A stretch of DNA of 64,000 nt, from contig OX597828.1 in assembly GCA_951406725.2 (NCBI GenBank), positions 9,610,001 to 9,674,000 of the forward strand. Reading direction: 5' to 3'. Below are positions 1 to 12,719 of the stretch, piece after piece. Position 1 is the stretch's first letter; each line of letters begins with the position of its first letter. A program made the position numbers and the translations under genes. The DNA comes from Octopus vulgaris (Eukaryota). The notes beneath the pieces are model-generated. The model searched no databases, was not told the origin of the DNA, and saw only the letters and a program-made list of their open reading frames with translations.

Positions 1-38
1 ATATGCTTAAAATGTCTGTGATGTGAATTCTATATGCT

Positions 39-69
39 ATGCATATATATATACATACATACATACATG

Positions 70-119
<50 letters not shown>

Positions 120-154
120 TATATATGCATACATACATAGATATAGATATAGAT

Positions 155-201
<47 letters not shown>

Positions 202-229
202 TAGATAGATAGATAGATAGATAGATAGA
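39..229. repeat. compound microsatellite (AT)n/(AC)n/(ATAG)n
   Basis: Simple repeats read directly; they explain ORF 37..240. Confidence 0.95.
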
Positions 230-809
230 TCTGAGAACATTAACGTAAGTTTGCATTTTGTATGTGTGCCACTATGTGTCTATTTATTTATATTTGTAAG
301 TCAACAGGATACTGAAAGTTATTGCGGATCTCTTGGGCTTTAATATGTTTTCTTGCATATTTCGCTATAGGAAAAGTCATTAATGGGATAAATACAGAAA
401 TAGACTTTGAAAGTCTCGGAGTCAAAAATAGCATTCACGCGCTTCTACATTTCGTAAAGTAATTATCTATACATGTACATCCCCCCACGCACATACATCC
501 ACACAAATACACCAACATACATGCATATAATGAGGCGATAGGGTTGAATCATCCCGGTGGTTACCGTCATAATCCGGGTGAATGCTGATCGTATCAACTT
601 GTAAGGAGCACCCAGAATAAATTCCACGAATAGGTAAATCCTGGAATTGACTCGTATCATTCTGAATATTTTAGAGATGGAATCTCCAAGACTATTACGG
701 TGATTTGTGTATGTATATATCTGTGCTTTCTACAGTCAATTATACGCAATATTTGGTTCAGATTTGAACCACATCTGTTGCAGGATATTCAAGCAAGTTT
801 CATAGGCTG

Positions 810-875
<66 letters not shown>

Positions 876-953
876 CTCTAATTTAATATAATATATATTT
901 AGGTTTAATCCTAAATCTAATTTTTCCCTGTAAGTTTGGATTTACTCCCTAAT

Positions 954-1019
<66 letters not shown>

Positions 1020-1071
1020 TATGCATGTATGCATATATGTATATTTGTATCTATATATATATATTTCAATA

Positions 1072-1213
1072 GGTAACCGCGTGTATATCGTTGGCGATAT
1101 TCTTTCTCCGTCTTCCCTTCCTTGGACATTTCCTTTTTCTATGTTTCTGACGAAGAGCTCCGCTCGAGACGTTAAATCATCCTCCTTTCTTTCCTTTCCT
1201 GAGCGTCCTATAG

Positions 1214-1215
<2 letters not shown>
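1072..1215 (+). mobile_element. Penelope-like terminal-repeat (pLTR) fragment
   Basis: Pyrimidine-rich unit between (TA)n tracts. It carries a minimal hammerhead motif similar to that downstream of the GIY-YIG relic near 10190. Confidence 0.55.
1141..1180 (+). ncRNA. minimal type I hammerhead ribozyme with one core mutation
   Basis: ATGTTT-CTGACGA-A-GAGC(TCC)GCTC-GAGA-CGTT-AAATCAT. Stem I is ATGTTT/AAA(T)CAT, stem II is GAGC/GCTC, stem III is the palindrome ACGT. GAAA is mutated to GAGA. Confidence 0.7.
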
Positions 1216-1279
<64 letters not shown>

Positions 1280-1697
1280 CTTTATTTCATTATGCAATCC
1301 TGATATACTAACATGCTTACTAAAGGGTTATAAATAACTGAAACATTTATCGTACCTGTAGAAGCAGTGTGATTCAATAACTTCTTTATGTCAAATCTAG
1401 AAATATTCTATAGACAATTAGAGCCAGCCTTCAAATTTACGACGTTCTATACACGAATACGTCTATGTAAACGGTGCGATTTTAGAAAAATAGGAAATGC
1501 GTGTATATGTATATTTATTTGAGTTTGCTCCTAGTTCTTTCTTATAGCGGTATATAATCAATCTTAAACACTTACATATAAGGTATAACGCATCCATGGA
1601 CTCACAAAAGGTTTTACAGAAGTAGCAATGTGATATTCTTTTCAACTTATTCTTTATTTTCTATGCACGGACTTTTCTTTTTACCTCGATGTATTCA

Positions 1698-1966
1698 ATG
1701 CGGCGTAACTCCGAAAAGCTCTATCTATGACGATTTCATTTCAATCGAAGGAGCGGGGCTTTCTCCGTCCGGGTTGCGGATCCGTGGAATAAGCTGCCTG
1801 ACGAGATATTGAATATGCCTACAATCGCTCGTTTCAAAGTCTCTCTTGACCAGAAATGGCCTGAACTCGTTGTATGGCCACCCTCCCTGTACATAACTTC
1901 CTATAGCCCTACATGACCTTGCTTTTACTTTTTGAGCCAATAAAAACTGAATTGAATTGAATTGAA
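1698..1966 (+). mobile_element. CR1/L2-clade LINE 3' end
   Basis: Translates as RFHFNRRSGAFSVRVADPWNKLPDEILNMPTIARFKVSLDQKW, the typical CR1 ORF2 C-terminal FS.RV..WN.LP...FK..LD pattern. AATAAA at 1939 is followed by an (ATTGA)n tail. Confidence 0.8.
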
Positions 1967-2164
1967 TACGTGACTTCATCTTTTACAGTGAGTTGTAATA
2001 TGATGTGAAAAGATTTAATCACATAACTTGTGTACATATATGTACAACCCCCCCACACAAACACACACAGATTCAATGAAAAAACAGAGAAAAGAAACAA
2101 ACAAATGTAAAGACCTAGTCGAAGGAATGTATTAGTATGAACCTCGGTGAAGGAGGAGAGTAGT

Positions 2165-2201
2165 TGTTTTACGTTTCGAGCATAGCTCTTATTCGGAAAC
2201 A
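2165..2201 (-). ncRNA. degenerate minimal type I hammerhead in a Penelope-like repeat fragment
   Basis: Minus strand reads TGTTT-CCGAATA-A-GAGC(TAT)GCTC-GAAA-CGTA-AAACA. Stems are intact; the CUGANGA box has two substitutions. Confidence 0.6.
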
Positions 2202-2611
2202 GGAAAAGAAATGACAGTGAATATAGGTTTATGTGTCAGTATGTGCGTGTGTACAGGGTTGGGCGTCTATGTACCCGTGTATGTGTGTATATATATGTAT
2301 GTATTTACGCGCATATCTGTGTGCGCAATAATGCTTGGGTGTAAGAGTGTACCCATGTGTGTGTGTATGTGTCTCAATATGTGCGTGTGCTGGTCGGTGT
2401 CTGTATGGGTATGGAGCGAGGACTTTGTGCGCTCGAGCATGGTGACACCAAACTATATACGACCGTGCGTGTGTCTATGTATATGGGAGGAAAGGGATTT
2501 TTGTACCTGTTGGAAGCGTGACTGATGTTTGTGGGTATTTATGCATGTCTATACGTGTGCGCACGTGTGTTGGCGGACAAGTATACTTATGAATGAGTGA
2601 GTATATTTGTG

Positions 2612-2852
2612 CGTGGAATAAGCTGCCTGACGAGATATTGAAGATGCCTACAATCGCTCGTTTCAAAGTCTCTCTTGACCAGAAATGGCCTGAACTCGTT
2701 GTATGACCACCCTCCCTGTACATAACTTCCTATAGCCCTACATGACCTTGCTTTTACTTTTTGAGTCAATAAAAATTGAATTAAATTGAATTGAATACGT
2801 GACTTCGTCTTTTACAGTGAGCAGTAATATGATGTGAAAAGATTTAATCACA
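2612..2852 (+). repeat. local duplicate of 1783-2023 (CR1 3' end plus downstream flank)
   Basis: Near-identical ~240-bp copy that includes ~55 bp beyond the LINE tail. Confidence 0.9.
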
Positions 2853-3034
2853 CAATGACCTTGAATCTTAAGTGAATTAATTTTTTTCTCGGGTTATATA
2901 CAGTACAATGGAGACAATAGCAAGTTCAACCTCCATTTGTTTTATTAAAATCTCAGATATTCGTGGGAGATGCATCCCTCGAATATTTGCAACAGTATGA
3001 ACTCTGATAGACACCCGACCCCAAACGATCTGAC

Positions 3035-3175
3035 TATGTAGGTTCTTTACCAGCCACGTGGATCCATGTACAGTCCTAATGCATGGCACCTTGGGCAAGT
3101 GTCTTCTGCTATAGCCTCGGGCCGATGAAAACTTGTGAGTGGATTTGTAGACGAAAACTGAAAGAAGCCCGTCGC

Positions 3176-3242
<67 letters not shown>

Positions 3243-3489
3243 TTTCTGTGTGTGTGTGTGTGTGTATGTATATGTTTGTGTGTCTGTGTTTGTCCCCCCA
3301 CCCAACATCGCTTGACAACCAATGCCGGTGTATTTACGTCCCCGTAACTTAGCGTTCGGCAATAACAGAACGATAGAATAAGTAACAGGCGTACAAAGAA
3401 TAAGTCCTGGGTTCGATTTGCTCGACTAAAGGCGGTGCTCCAGCATGGCCGCAGTCAAATGTCTGAAACAAATAAGAGAAAGAGTAAAA
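3035..3489 (+). mobile_element. CORE-type tRNA-derived SINE with internal (AT)n(GT)n microsatellite
   Basis: CCTTGGGCAAGTG core motif. The 3' part ...GGCGGTGCTCCAGCATGGCCGCAGTC... recurs many times in the window. Confidence 0.85.
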
Positions 3490-3871
3490 AATTAGTTAAG
3501 TTCTCGGCGACATATCTTCCGTACGGTAGTAACGTAATCAAACCACTTTCTGCAATCGTAAAAAAGAGAAATATTATTGAGAAATATATTTCTAGATTGA
3601 ATTTGAAAATTTGTTCGTTTAATTACGGCTTAAATGGAGCTAAACAGATTAGAAATTTTTAATGAAAAATCGGAAGCCCATACTAGTTTGAATTAATTTA
3701 CTCAATGAATGTTAATATAAGTAGAACACAGCAATTTACGTATCACAATAACATTGCAATATCTAAATACTAGACACGCTAGAAATATTTTCCTTTCATT
3801 ACATTTGGATGATATTACACCGTGGATTTAAAGGTAAAACGAAGAGGTATGTTGAGACTAAATATCCATGT

Positions 3872-4284
3872 TACTCTTTTATTCTTTTACTTGTTTTCAT
3901 CATTTGGCTGCGGCTATGCTGGAGCACCGCCCTTAGTCAAGGAAATCGAGCCCAGGACTTATTCTTTGGAAGCCTAGTACTTATTCTATCCGTTTCTTTT
4001 TGCCGAACAGCTAAGTTACGGGGACATAAACACACCAGCATCGGTTGTCAAGTGATGTTGGAGGGGGACAAACACGGACTCACAAACACACACACACATA
4101 TATATACATCTACATATATACGACGGGCTTCTTTTAGTTTCCGTCTACCAAATCTACTCGCAAGGCGTTGGTCGGCCGGAGGCTATAGTAGAAGACATTT
4201 GACCAAGGTGCCACACAGTGGGACTGAACCCGGAACCATGAGGTTGGTGAGCAAGCTATTTACCACACAGCCACTCTGCGCCTA
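3872..4284 (-). mobile_element. CORE-type SINE, full length
   Basis: Reverse-complement homolog of 3035-3489. Confidence 0.85.
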
Positions 4285-6678
4285 TTAAGAAATAATAAAT
4301 TTGAGAGTTTTTCAAACGGTATTTATATCAATTTCACAAATATATTATTGATATTCAGTGCACTATCACGATCTAATATATTTCACACGTTCTACAATAA
4401 CCTGTTTACTGCTGTTTCTAAACCAACATTGTTTCTCACAGTTTGTTTTCGGTTTTAATCGGTGAACGAAAAATAAGGAATTGGATGGAACAACTCACCG
4501 TGGATGTTCCACCTCTCAAGCGTCTTATGTGTGGAAATCCCGCCGAATTACTGATTTTCATTTTGAATTTTACCACTGAGTGATTGATAAATCATGTATT
4601 TGGGTGTTTTCTCTAAATCTTAGTCTTTGAATCAAATCCGTAAACGGAAGAGGACAAACACGAAGCGTTCCGACACTGGGCTCCCAAATTTTGTATCGAT
4701 CACTATGCACTTGATTGCAGGATCAGCTTTCTAATTACGAGATGGAACTCAGTAAAATATTTACCATTCAATAAAGCCACTCATATGATCAGAGACAAAC
4801 AAATATACACGCGAAGGTCTGTTTCGCTATACCAAACTTCTCCGAAAATTGTTGATAAAACCGATATTATATTAGAGGTACTTTCTCATTGTATATATCG
4901 GTAGGTTTGAACCTAGAACCGCATTCGTTTCAGAACGAAATTCTTAAACACACGCCTAATTTCGCGTGTATTATCCTATTTATTCAATGCAGCAGAAATA
5001 ATTTAACACAATCCGTGGAACAATGTGCTATCGAATGCGAACGTTTTTAGCCCTGCACCTATGTTTGCATTTAATTTCCTCTCTTTTGCTAATGTAGAAG
5101 AAATAATCTAGCATACTCTACTTTAGATAAACAAATTTAGAATATTTCTAATGTATTAGAGTCACCTCTAACAAAGTACAATAAGAAGGTCGATGGAATT
5201 TAAAAATATAATCAACAATAAAATCTAAAATCAACAACAACTATCATAATATCATCAATAATGGAACACTAATGACATTACTATCTACAGACACACAAAC
5301 TATAACTATTACGGCAATAATATCAACAACAGTGAAAATAATGTAAGATTTAGGACAGGCGTAGAATGGAAAAAAATTGGTTTGCTCTAGTGTCATTTAT
5401 CTTGATCGCTGAATCCTCTTCGTGTTACTATCGCAGTTTAACAGCATGCTTACTGAAAATGAGAATAAAAAATGTTTTAACGGCCCACTGAATTTTAGAC
5501 TAAACGGATCTCACAAAATTCGTAGCATCATGACTATCATTAAATACGAGAAAGTTGATAAATTTGTGTCATTTGACATCTAATTCAAGCAATTGCTTTC
5601 AATTATCTTCGACTGCCTATGATAATCAATCAAGTTAAAATTATATCGATTTATTTCCGTGTCAGCTTTTTTTTTCTTTTTTCTTGTTTTGGTTTAATAG
5701 TTTGTTCTCTTTGCTTTTACTCCAGACTCAAAACAAAAATTTTAAATGAAATCATTATTTAATATTCACAGTTATAATTCATTACACTACGGCTTAATTA
5801 AGTGGATATGACATTCAAGGCAGTGCATTTCCATTTTAATATAACGTTCAGATTTCAATTAGGTGGGCATAGCATGACATGACAACGATGTTTAGAATAT
5901 CATAGCAAATAAACTGTAGCGTGCAAGGCATTATCAGAGAGAGAGAGAGAGAAAGAGGAGGGAGGAAAGAGACAGACACACAGAGTAAGATAGAGAGAGA
6001 AAGAGAGAGGGGGAATAAGATAGGGCGTTGGAGAAAGAAAGATAGATAGTGAAAGAGAGAGTGAGTGAAGTAGAGAGAGAGAGAGAGTGAAAAGAGAAAA
6101 AGAAGTAGGTAGGGAAATAGAGGGAGAACGAGATGTACATATACATACATGTGTGTGCGTGCGCGCGTGCATGCGTTTAGCTATGTATATACATGTGTAG
6201 GTATATATGAGGGTGTGTTTATGCCTGAGTACAATGTGTTGTGTGTGTGTGTGTGTTTCTGTAAAGAAAGCTCGATAAATTATATCACACAAGTTTTCCC
6301 AAAAAATTCGTTTAAGTAGATTAATTATTATTTGTTTTGTTTTGTAAACTTAGAATTTTATATTTAAAATGTAAAGTAATCTATGAAACCAGTTGCATAT
6401 TGTATATGAAAAGTTAACGATGCGGTACGGCATAAATATTAGAAAACTAACTTAAATTCCTAAAAGAAAATATATAAAAATGTTACTGCCGACCCAATGT
6501 CTACAGCCAATGTTTTAATGTTTGAATCACTTGCTTCTTTTAGAATGAGGGAGTGGATTTGTTGATATGTTATAAGCTCAGGCAGACCGACAGACCATTT
6601 TACTGAAATCTTCAAACCACTGACCACGTATTTGTTCAAATATTTCGGATAAATCATAATACCAGTAATACAGTGTTA

Positions 6679-7117
6679 GGATCTTTTCGGTTTGAACGGC
6701 AGTTTTTTTCTAGCGGTGTCATATGAAATTGTCACCCATAATTATGACCAAAGTATCGATCTATTGGATTTCAATCTGTTTTAGGGTTAGGGTTAGTTAG
6801 GGTTAGGGTTAGTTAGGGTTAGGGTCAGAGTTAGGGTTAGTGGTGGGGGAAGGGTATCTTTTTTTCTTCAGAAATGTAAATAAACCCAATCTCTTTCTTA
6901 AACGAGGGACATATTCATATGGCACATAATGTTTTTCACCTCAATAGACGTCATTGATTGGTTGAAATTGCAGAAATTGAAGAAAAATAAAACCAACAAA
7001 TATATTACAAACTATAGAATTTTCTCAATAAAGCCAAGAGGAAAAGATGATTTATAAACAATTGTTTAGTTACGTGGAAATTATTTTAAAAATCTGCCCC
7101 GTTCAAACCGAAAAGAT
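6679..7117. mobile_element. MITE family 1 (GGATCTTTTCGGTTTGAACGGCAG TIR) with internal TTAGGG repeats
   Basis: Terminal inverted repeats; TTAGGG/TTAG array at 6781-6840; homologous to 19662-20098 and 27862-28279. Confidence 0.85.
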
Positions 7118-7767
7118 GTTATGAACAAAATGTTTTAAATTCTTTGTCGTTATATGGATTAGACTGGAAAGAAATATTACTAATGAAGTGGAATGAATCT
7201 ACGGTATCTGCTTAAAAACAATATGTCATAAATAAATGTATATATTATCAAATATTTACATATATGCATAAATTTATGTAAATACATTCATGCTTTCTTC
7301 ACCGCATTAAAATTTTAGCAGTGTATCAGGTAAATACCAGTAAATGATTGAGGATAATCACAAAAGAAAAGGTTAACGTGTAGATGTATAGAATAATGTG
7401 AGAATACGCATATATTAATATGAATTAGTAGAAAATATACATTTAGCTATATAACTGCTTATTATACTAAGTCCCCAAATTTTAGGGTGTGCTGAACTCT
7501 GCTTGGATATGTTCCATGTTTTATGTCGATTCCAACAACAGATACAGTTATCACTGTATCTAAGTATCTTACACGACGAACCACATATATACATATCTCC
7601 ATAAAGACACATGTATAATGTTTTCAGAATAAACTTAATGCTATTTCGATAAGGATTGCTTCTATATCTATGAATATATATATATATATGCTTGCACAAA
7701 AATACATACCACAGACAAGAGGCAGAGATGCAGTCAAACAAAAAGACAGACACAAAGACAAACAAGC

Positions 7768-7909
<142 letters not shown>

Positions 7910-8767
7910 ATGGATACAGAGATAGATAATCTATATATGTAGTTAGAAATATATATTACATGTTTATATACGTGCATATACATAAACACGCACATTCATG
8001 TATTTATATGCAAGCAAACACACATATGGGTGTTTGCATGTATGTTTGTATCGAAGTCGTTTCTGATCCACGCTGTTTGCGAATAATATATAGATTATAT
8101 AATTAAAATTATGGGCCTTCAAAAGCACAAATATATGAATTAAACTATCCACCATTGGAAGCCTAATGTAAGCCTACTTTCTATTGGCGCGTGATATTCT
8201 CTGCTAGCGAAAAAAAGTGAGTTCCTATTCTCTGAGGGGACGGACAGGGAAATGCATCGTGTTACCCGTTTTTCTTCATATAAGTGACTTAGAGCTCATA
8301 TATTTATTAACATTGAAATGTTTTTAATATCAGCCAGGCTTTATCATATATGTACACACACGCGCGCGCGCATTTCTGCAGCTTAGGAATATATTTCTCA
8401 GTATATATCTCAAAAGAAAGAAATTATGTGTTACAAGAGTCAAAATAAAATGTAAATACGTAATAAAGTCAACACGTTCAGAGGCTTTTGTTTCTGATCT
8501 GACTTCCAAAAACATGTTGAAGTAAGGTGACTTACTGCTAGGTACATATTTCGTTTGGGGCTAACAATATGAATTGATACACGGTATGCGTCAAACGAAG
8601 ATGCAGAGCGAGAACTTTATCTATGCAAGACCACTTTACGTGTTTATGCACGCACAAACTCACTAAAAAACACATGCACACATTCGCACATACACAATTG
8701 CTTGTTCATACATGTGCACATAGACACAACCAAGCGTACATATATGCTCATAGAAGCGTTTATATAT

Positions 8768-10306
8768 ATCCTCTCCGCCTGCAACTGCCTCACGGAAATG
8801 ATCTCCAAATAACTCGACCGTTTCCTTGCCCCCTAGTGGCTTCCATGACACTAACCATGCCTTCCGTCTTATTAACTCTCCCAAATCCCCTTCTGACCAC
8901 TCTAAAATATTTTTCACTCTTGATATCAAGAGTTGATATACGGTGATCGCAAACAATGAAGGGCTTCTTGCGCTCAAGCACATCCTAGACCTTCGACCTG
9001 ACCCTCAACCTGACATTCCACACTTCTTCATCTCACCGAATTTGTTCACTCCTGATCCAGGGCACGTTCTGTTGACCGTGCCACTGCTCTTTGTTGTCGT
9101 ACTCACCCTGCCGTTGCCCGTGTCCCGTTTACCCTCACCGATCACCCCTCCACCCTGTCCCTCCTGGACCACAGTTACTGACATAACCCCACCGCCCAGC
9201 CTGGCTCATTCTTCTGCTCTCACCTACGCTCTCGCACCCGATCCTACCTCTACAACACCACCATCATCACAGGCACCCATAATCGTCCCTATCATATCAC
9301 CAACTCCATTTACCTGCACTTCTAGCAAAGTCAATTACTGCATCTCCTGGTGTCTCTGTCTTTCCCTATACATCGGTCAAACGGGACGCAGCTTAGCTTG
9401 GCTGACCGGTTCACGGAATACCTCCGAGACATGAGGCTCGGCACTGACACGCCGGTCTCGCGCCATTTCCGCTCTACCGGCCATTCGCTACAACATCCGT
9501 GTTTTGACTGCCTGTCCACAGGAGCCATCCGGATTCCCGCCTTCACCTTGAAGATTTAATCTTCCCGCTTCGCTCCTTTGTGCATATGGGGTCGACTCAC
9601 CTCTTCTCTTCATCTGACAACAACCTTACCTCCTCTCTTCATTTGGTACCAACCCCATACACGATAGGACTGACCACTTCGCAGCAACTACACCATCATC
9701 CACATACCACACACAATCTTCAATATTGTCAACAAACTTACCATTGTATGAGCAGCCACACACTCTTTAACTCAGTACATACACAAAACGCATTGACACA
9801 CGCAACATACATAGACAAAGAAAACGTTTGTTCACCTACATGCACCATACACATGCACACCGTTTGGTTACAAACACATGCACACGAACACATACCACAT
9901 GAAAAAGCACAGCTACACACACAACACACACACATTACATGCTCATATACTCACACACATACTCACACCTCAGAGTCACTCATACACACTTACACACTCA
10001 CACACACTATTCTCAAATACACACACACACTCACACGTAAACGCACCTTCTCTTGCTGGGATCAGTAACACATTTATTTAGTCATTTTTTATTATTATCT
10101 CCCTTTCTTTCAATTCTGCATGATTGTTGAACCGCTGAAGTCTACGGCTTTTTCATTCTCTCGCTGTTTATTTTCTCATATTCTATCCTGTTGAAGACCT
10201 TAGGCTCGAAACAAAACAGAATTTAAAATTTCTTCCGAGCGTCAAACTATTACACTTGTTTGTTGTTCATACACCAATCTCCGTCTTTTGTTTTTCAATA
10301 AATTTC
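8768..10306 (+). mobile_element. Penelope-like element relic (RT and GIY-YIG fragments, 3' pLTR)
   Basis: RT-like peptides ILSACNCLTEMISK*LDRFLAP (8768) and FTLDIKS*YTVIANNEGLLALKHILDL (8913). GIY-YIG peptides FTCTSSKVNYCISWCLCLSLYIGQTGRSLA and DRFTEYLRDMRLGTDTPVSRHF (9309-9480). Stops and frameshifts present. Decayed hammerhead CTGTTGA..GCTC-GAAAC at 10188-10212. Confidence 0.85.
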
Positions 10307-10526
10307 AACTATATATATACATATATATATATATATACATATCACTCACTTTGCCCATACCAGGACCTAACAACACGTGGTATTGTTCATATGGAAGGCA
10401 GATTCACAGAAAACATATTCGCATTGCACTTCATGTAAAAATTAAATTGACTTTCAAGGAGAGTAAAGTTACCGTATGCCTAATATATTCATCTGCTGAA
10501 AATTGCTTAATATTAGCTATTATGGA

Positions 10527-10935
10527 AGGAGGCGAGTTGGCAGAAACGTTAGCACGCCGGGCGAAATGCGTAGCCGTATTTCGTCTGCCATTGCGTTCTG
10601 AGTTCAAATTCCGCCGAGGTCGACTTTGCCTTTCATCTTTTCGGGGTCGATTAAATAAGTACCAGTTACGCACTGGGGTCGATATAATCGACTTAATCCG
10701 TGTGTCTGTCCTTGTTTGTTCTCTCTATGTTTAGCTCCTTCTTGACAGTAAAGAAATAGGTTTTTCTTCTGCCGCTACGTTCTGAGTTCAAATTCCACCG
10801 AGTTCAACTTTACTTTTCATCTTTTCGAGGTCGATAAATTAAGTACCAGTTGCATACTGGATCCGATCCAATCGACTGGCCCCTGCCTCCCCCTCCAAAA
10901 AAAATTCGGACCTTGTGCTAAAAGTAGAAATAATA
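10527..10935 (+). mobile_element. tRNA-derived SINE with Nin/Deu-like domain, internally duplicated
   Basis: A-box-like TGGCAGAA, B-box GAGTTCAAATTCC and the GCCTTTCATCYTTTCGGGGTCGAT..AAGTACCAG domain; the B-box and domain occur twice. Confidence 0.85.
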
Positions 10936-11344
10936 TTAGCCTTATGCTTCGTTTCTTAATTTCACATATCCAATCGTATTAATGGGAAATTTTGTTTCGT
11001 TTGAGACTATTATCAAGCACGATACGTCATTGTTTTGTTGATCATTTAAAAAATTTAAGTTATTAAAAAAAAACATATGTGAGGTAAAACTGGAATGTCG
11101 GAAGATAAATCACTCGTGCCAATTAAAATATTTTCATAATGGGGAAATCGGATTGCTTAGCTGAGAAACATGCATCCCAAACATGGAAATGCAATACATG
11201 TAGTAATAAAATATTAAAAATTGCAATGAACACGCTTGTCATATGGTATTAGGGAGGTAACTATTACAGCGATGTCATCTCTGAGTGTTTTCCCAACAAT
11301 ATTCTATAATATTGATTTTTAATTTTAATATAATATCATTCATT

Positions 11345-11535
11345 TCCGGGCAGGGATAAGTCAATTACATTAACCCCAGTACTCAACTGTTACTTATTCT
11401 ATCGAGCGCAAGATGTTTGAACGGCAAAATTGACCTCTGCTGAATTTGAACTCCTGACGTGTAAACGGACGAAATGCCGTTAGTAACTTCGCCCAGAGTG
11501 CCAGTTTGCCAACGATTCCGTCAGTTCATCACCTT
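11345..11535 (-). mobile_element. Nin/Deu-type SINE, diverged
   Basis: Reverse-complement similarity to the 10527 family (GAATTTGAACTC). Confidence 0.7.
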
Positions 11536-12719
11536 AATAATATTTTATAATATTAAGCATAGATAAATTGTAGAGGTTTCGTAGAGTGGAACATCCTACA
11601 TTGAATTGCTTATTAGCAAACCAGCAGTCAGTATTTCACACTTCATATAATTTGAAATGAACTATTATTTTCTAGTTTGTGGAAGACAAATCATGCAGTA
11701 AAGTTTTACTCGGACCCTGTGTTCAGTAATTCCCCATGCCATGAATTTTCATTTAGGCCTTCATATTCAACGTATAACTAGAAGTAACATCTTTGTACAT
11801 GAATGATCTAGAGAATGAAGCATACACAAGGCTAAAAATAAAAATTAGATATTTGAGGAGTTAGATATTTGAGGACACAGAAAGAAAATTTCAGAAATAT
11901 GCAACAGATGTAACATGAAAGGCGATATATCTTCATGACTGTGTTCTTGACAACAATTTGAAATTGTATCACCAAAACATGTACTGAATCACAAAAACAT
12001 TGTTATTTGATGGGGAACAACTGAACTTTAATGTGTGCATCAATGGTAAGTAAGCAGTTGACATGATAGTGACAGAAAGAGAGGAAAGGTTAAAGTAAAA
12101 CAAAGAGAAATGTCAGGAGAAACATTTTATTCAGGAGTGTGAGAGGGGGAAAGAGTAAAAGAAAGAAATTTGATGCTGTAGTTGAAGTGGAGAAACGCGA
12201 AATGTATATAGAAGATGAACAAATAATTATGGCTAAGTATTTGCTTTGCAAGATTTCTGATGTGAAATCGTATGTTGAAACATATTATATTTTGAGAAAT
12301 TAATACGCAAAAATATGAATTATTAATAAATTCATTATTGGGTATGAATGGAAACAATATGTAGGATAAATATTTATTTTTCTATTAATATTATATCATA
12401 TTTATTGTAATATAATATGTTAATATTTTATATTTAAAATATGTCAATCGTAAATCTCCCTTTTTTAAACATTTTTGTATAATCCTTATGAATTGTGACA
12501 CGTTTTTCTGTACCATATTGGGTATTAACTGAAAAACCAGTGGGAAATTGGTTGTTTCTCCATCCGTATAAGGGAAATTGTTTTTCCTTGTATTGAGTAT
12601 ATATATATATATATATATATAGTGTAATAAATAAAATATATGCATACATACAAACATATATGTACGTACCTAGGTCTACATGTATATACATATGCATATA
12701 TAAATATATATACGTGTGT

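Noticed and set aside
6781-6840. Relic telomere or chromosome fusion site
   Set aside because: The TTAGGG tract lies inside a MITE present three times in the window.
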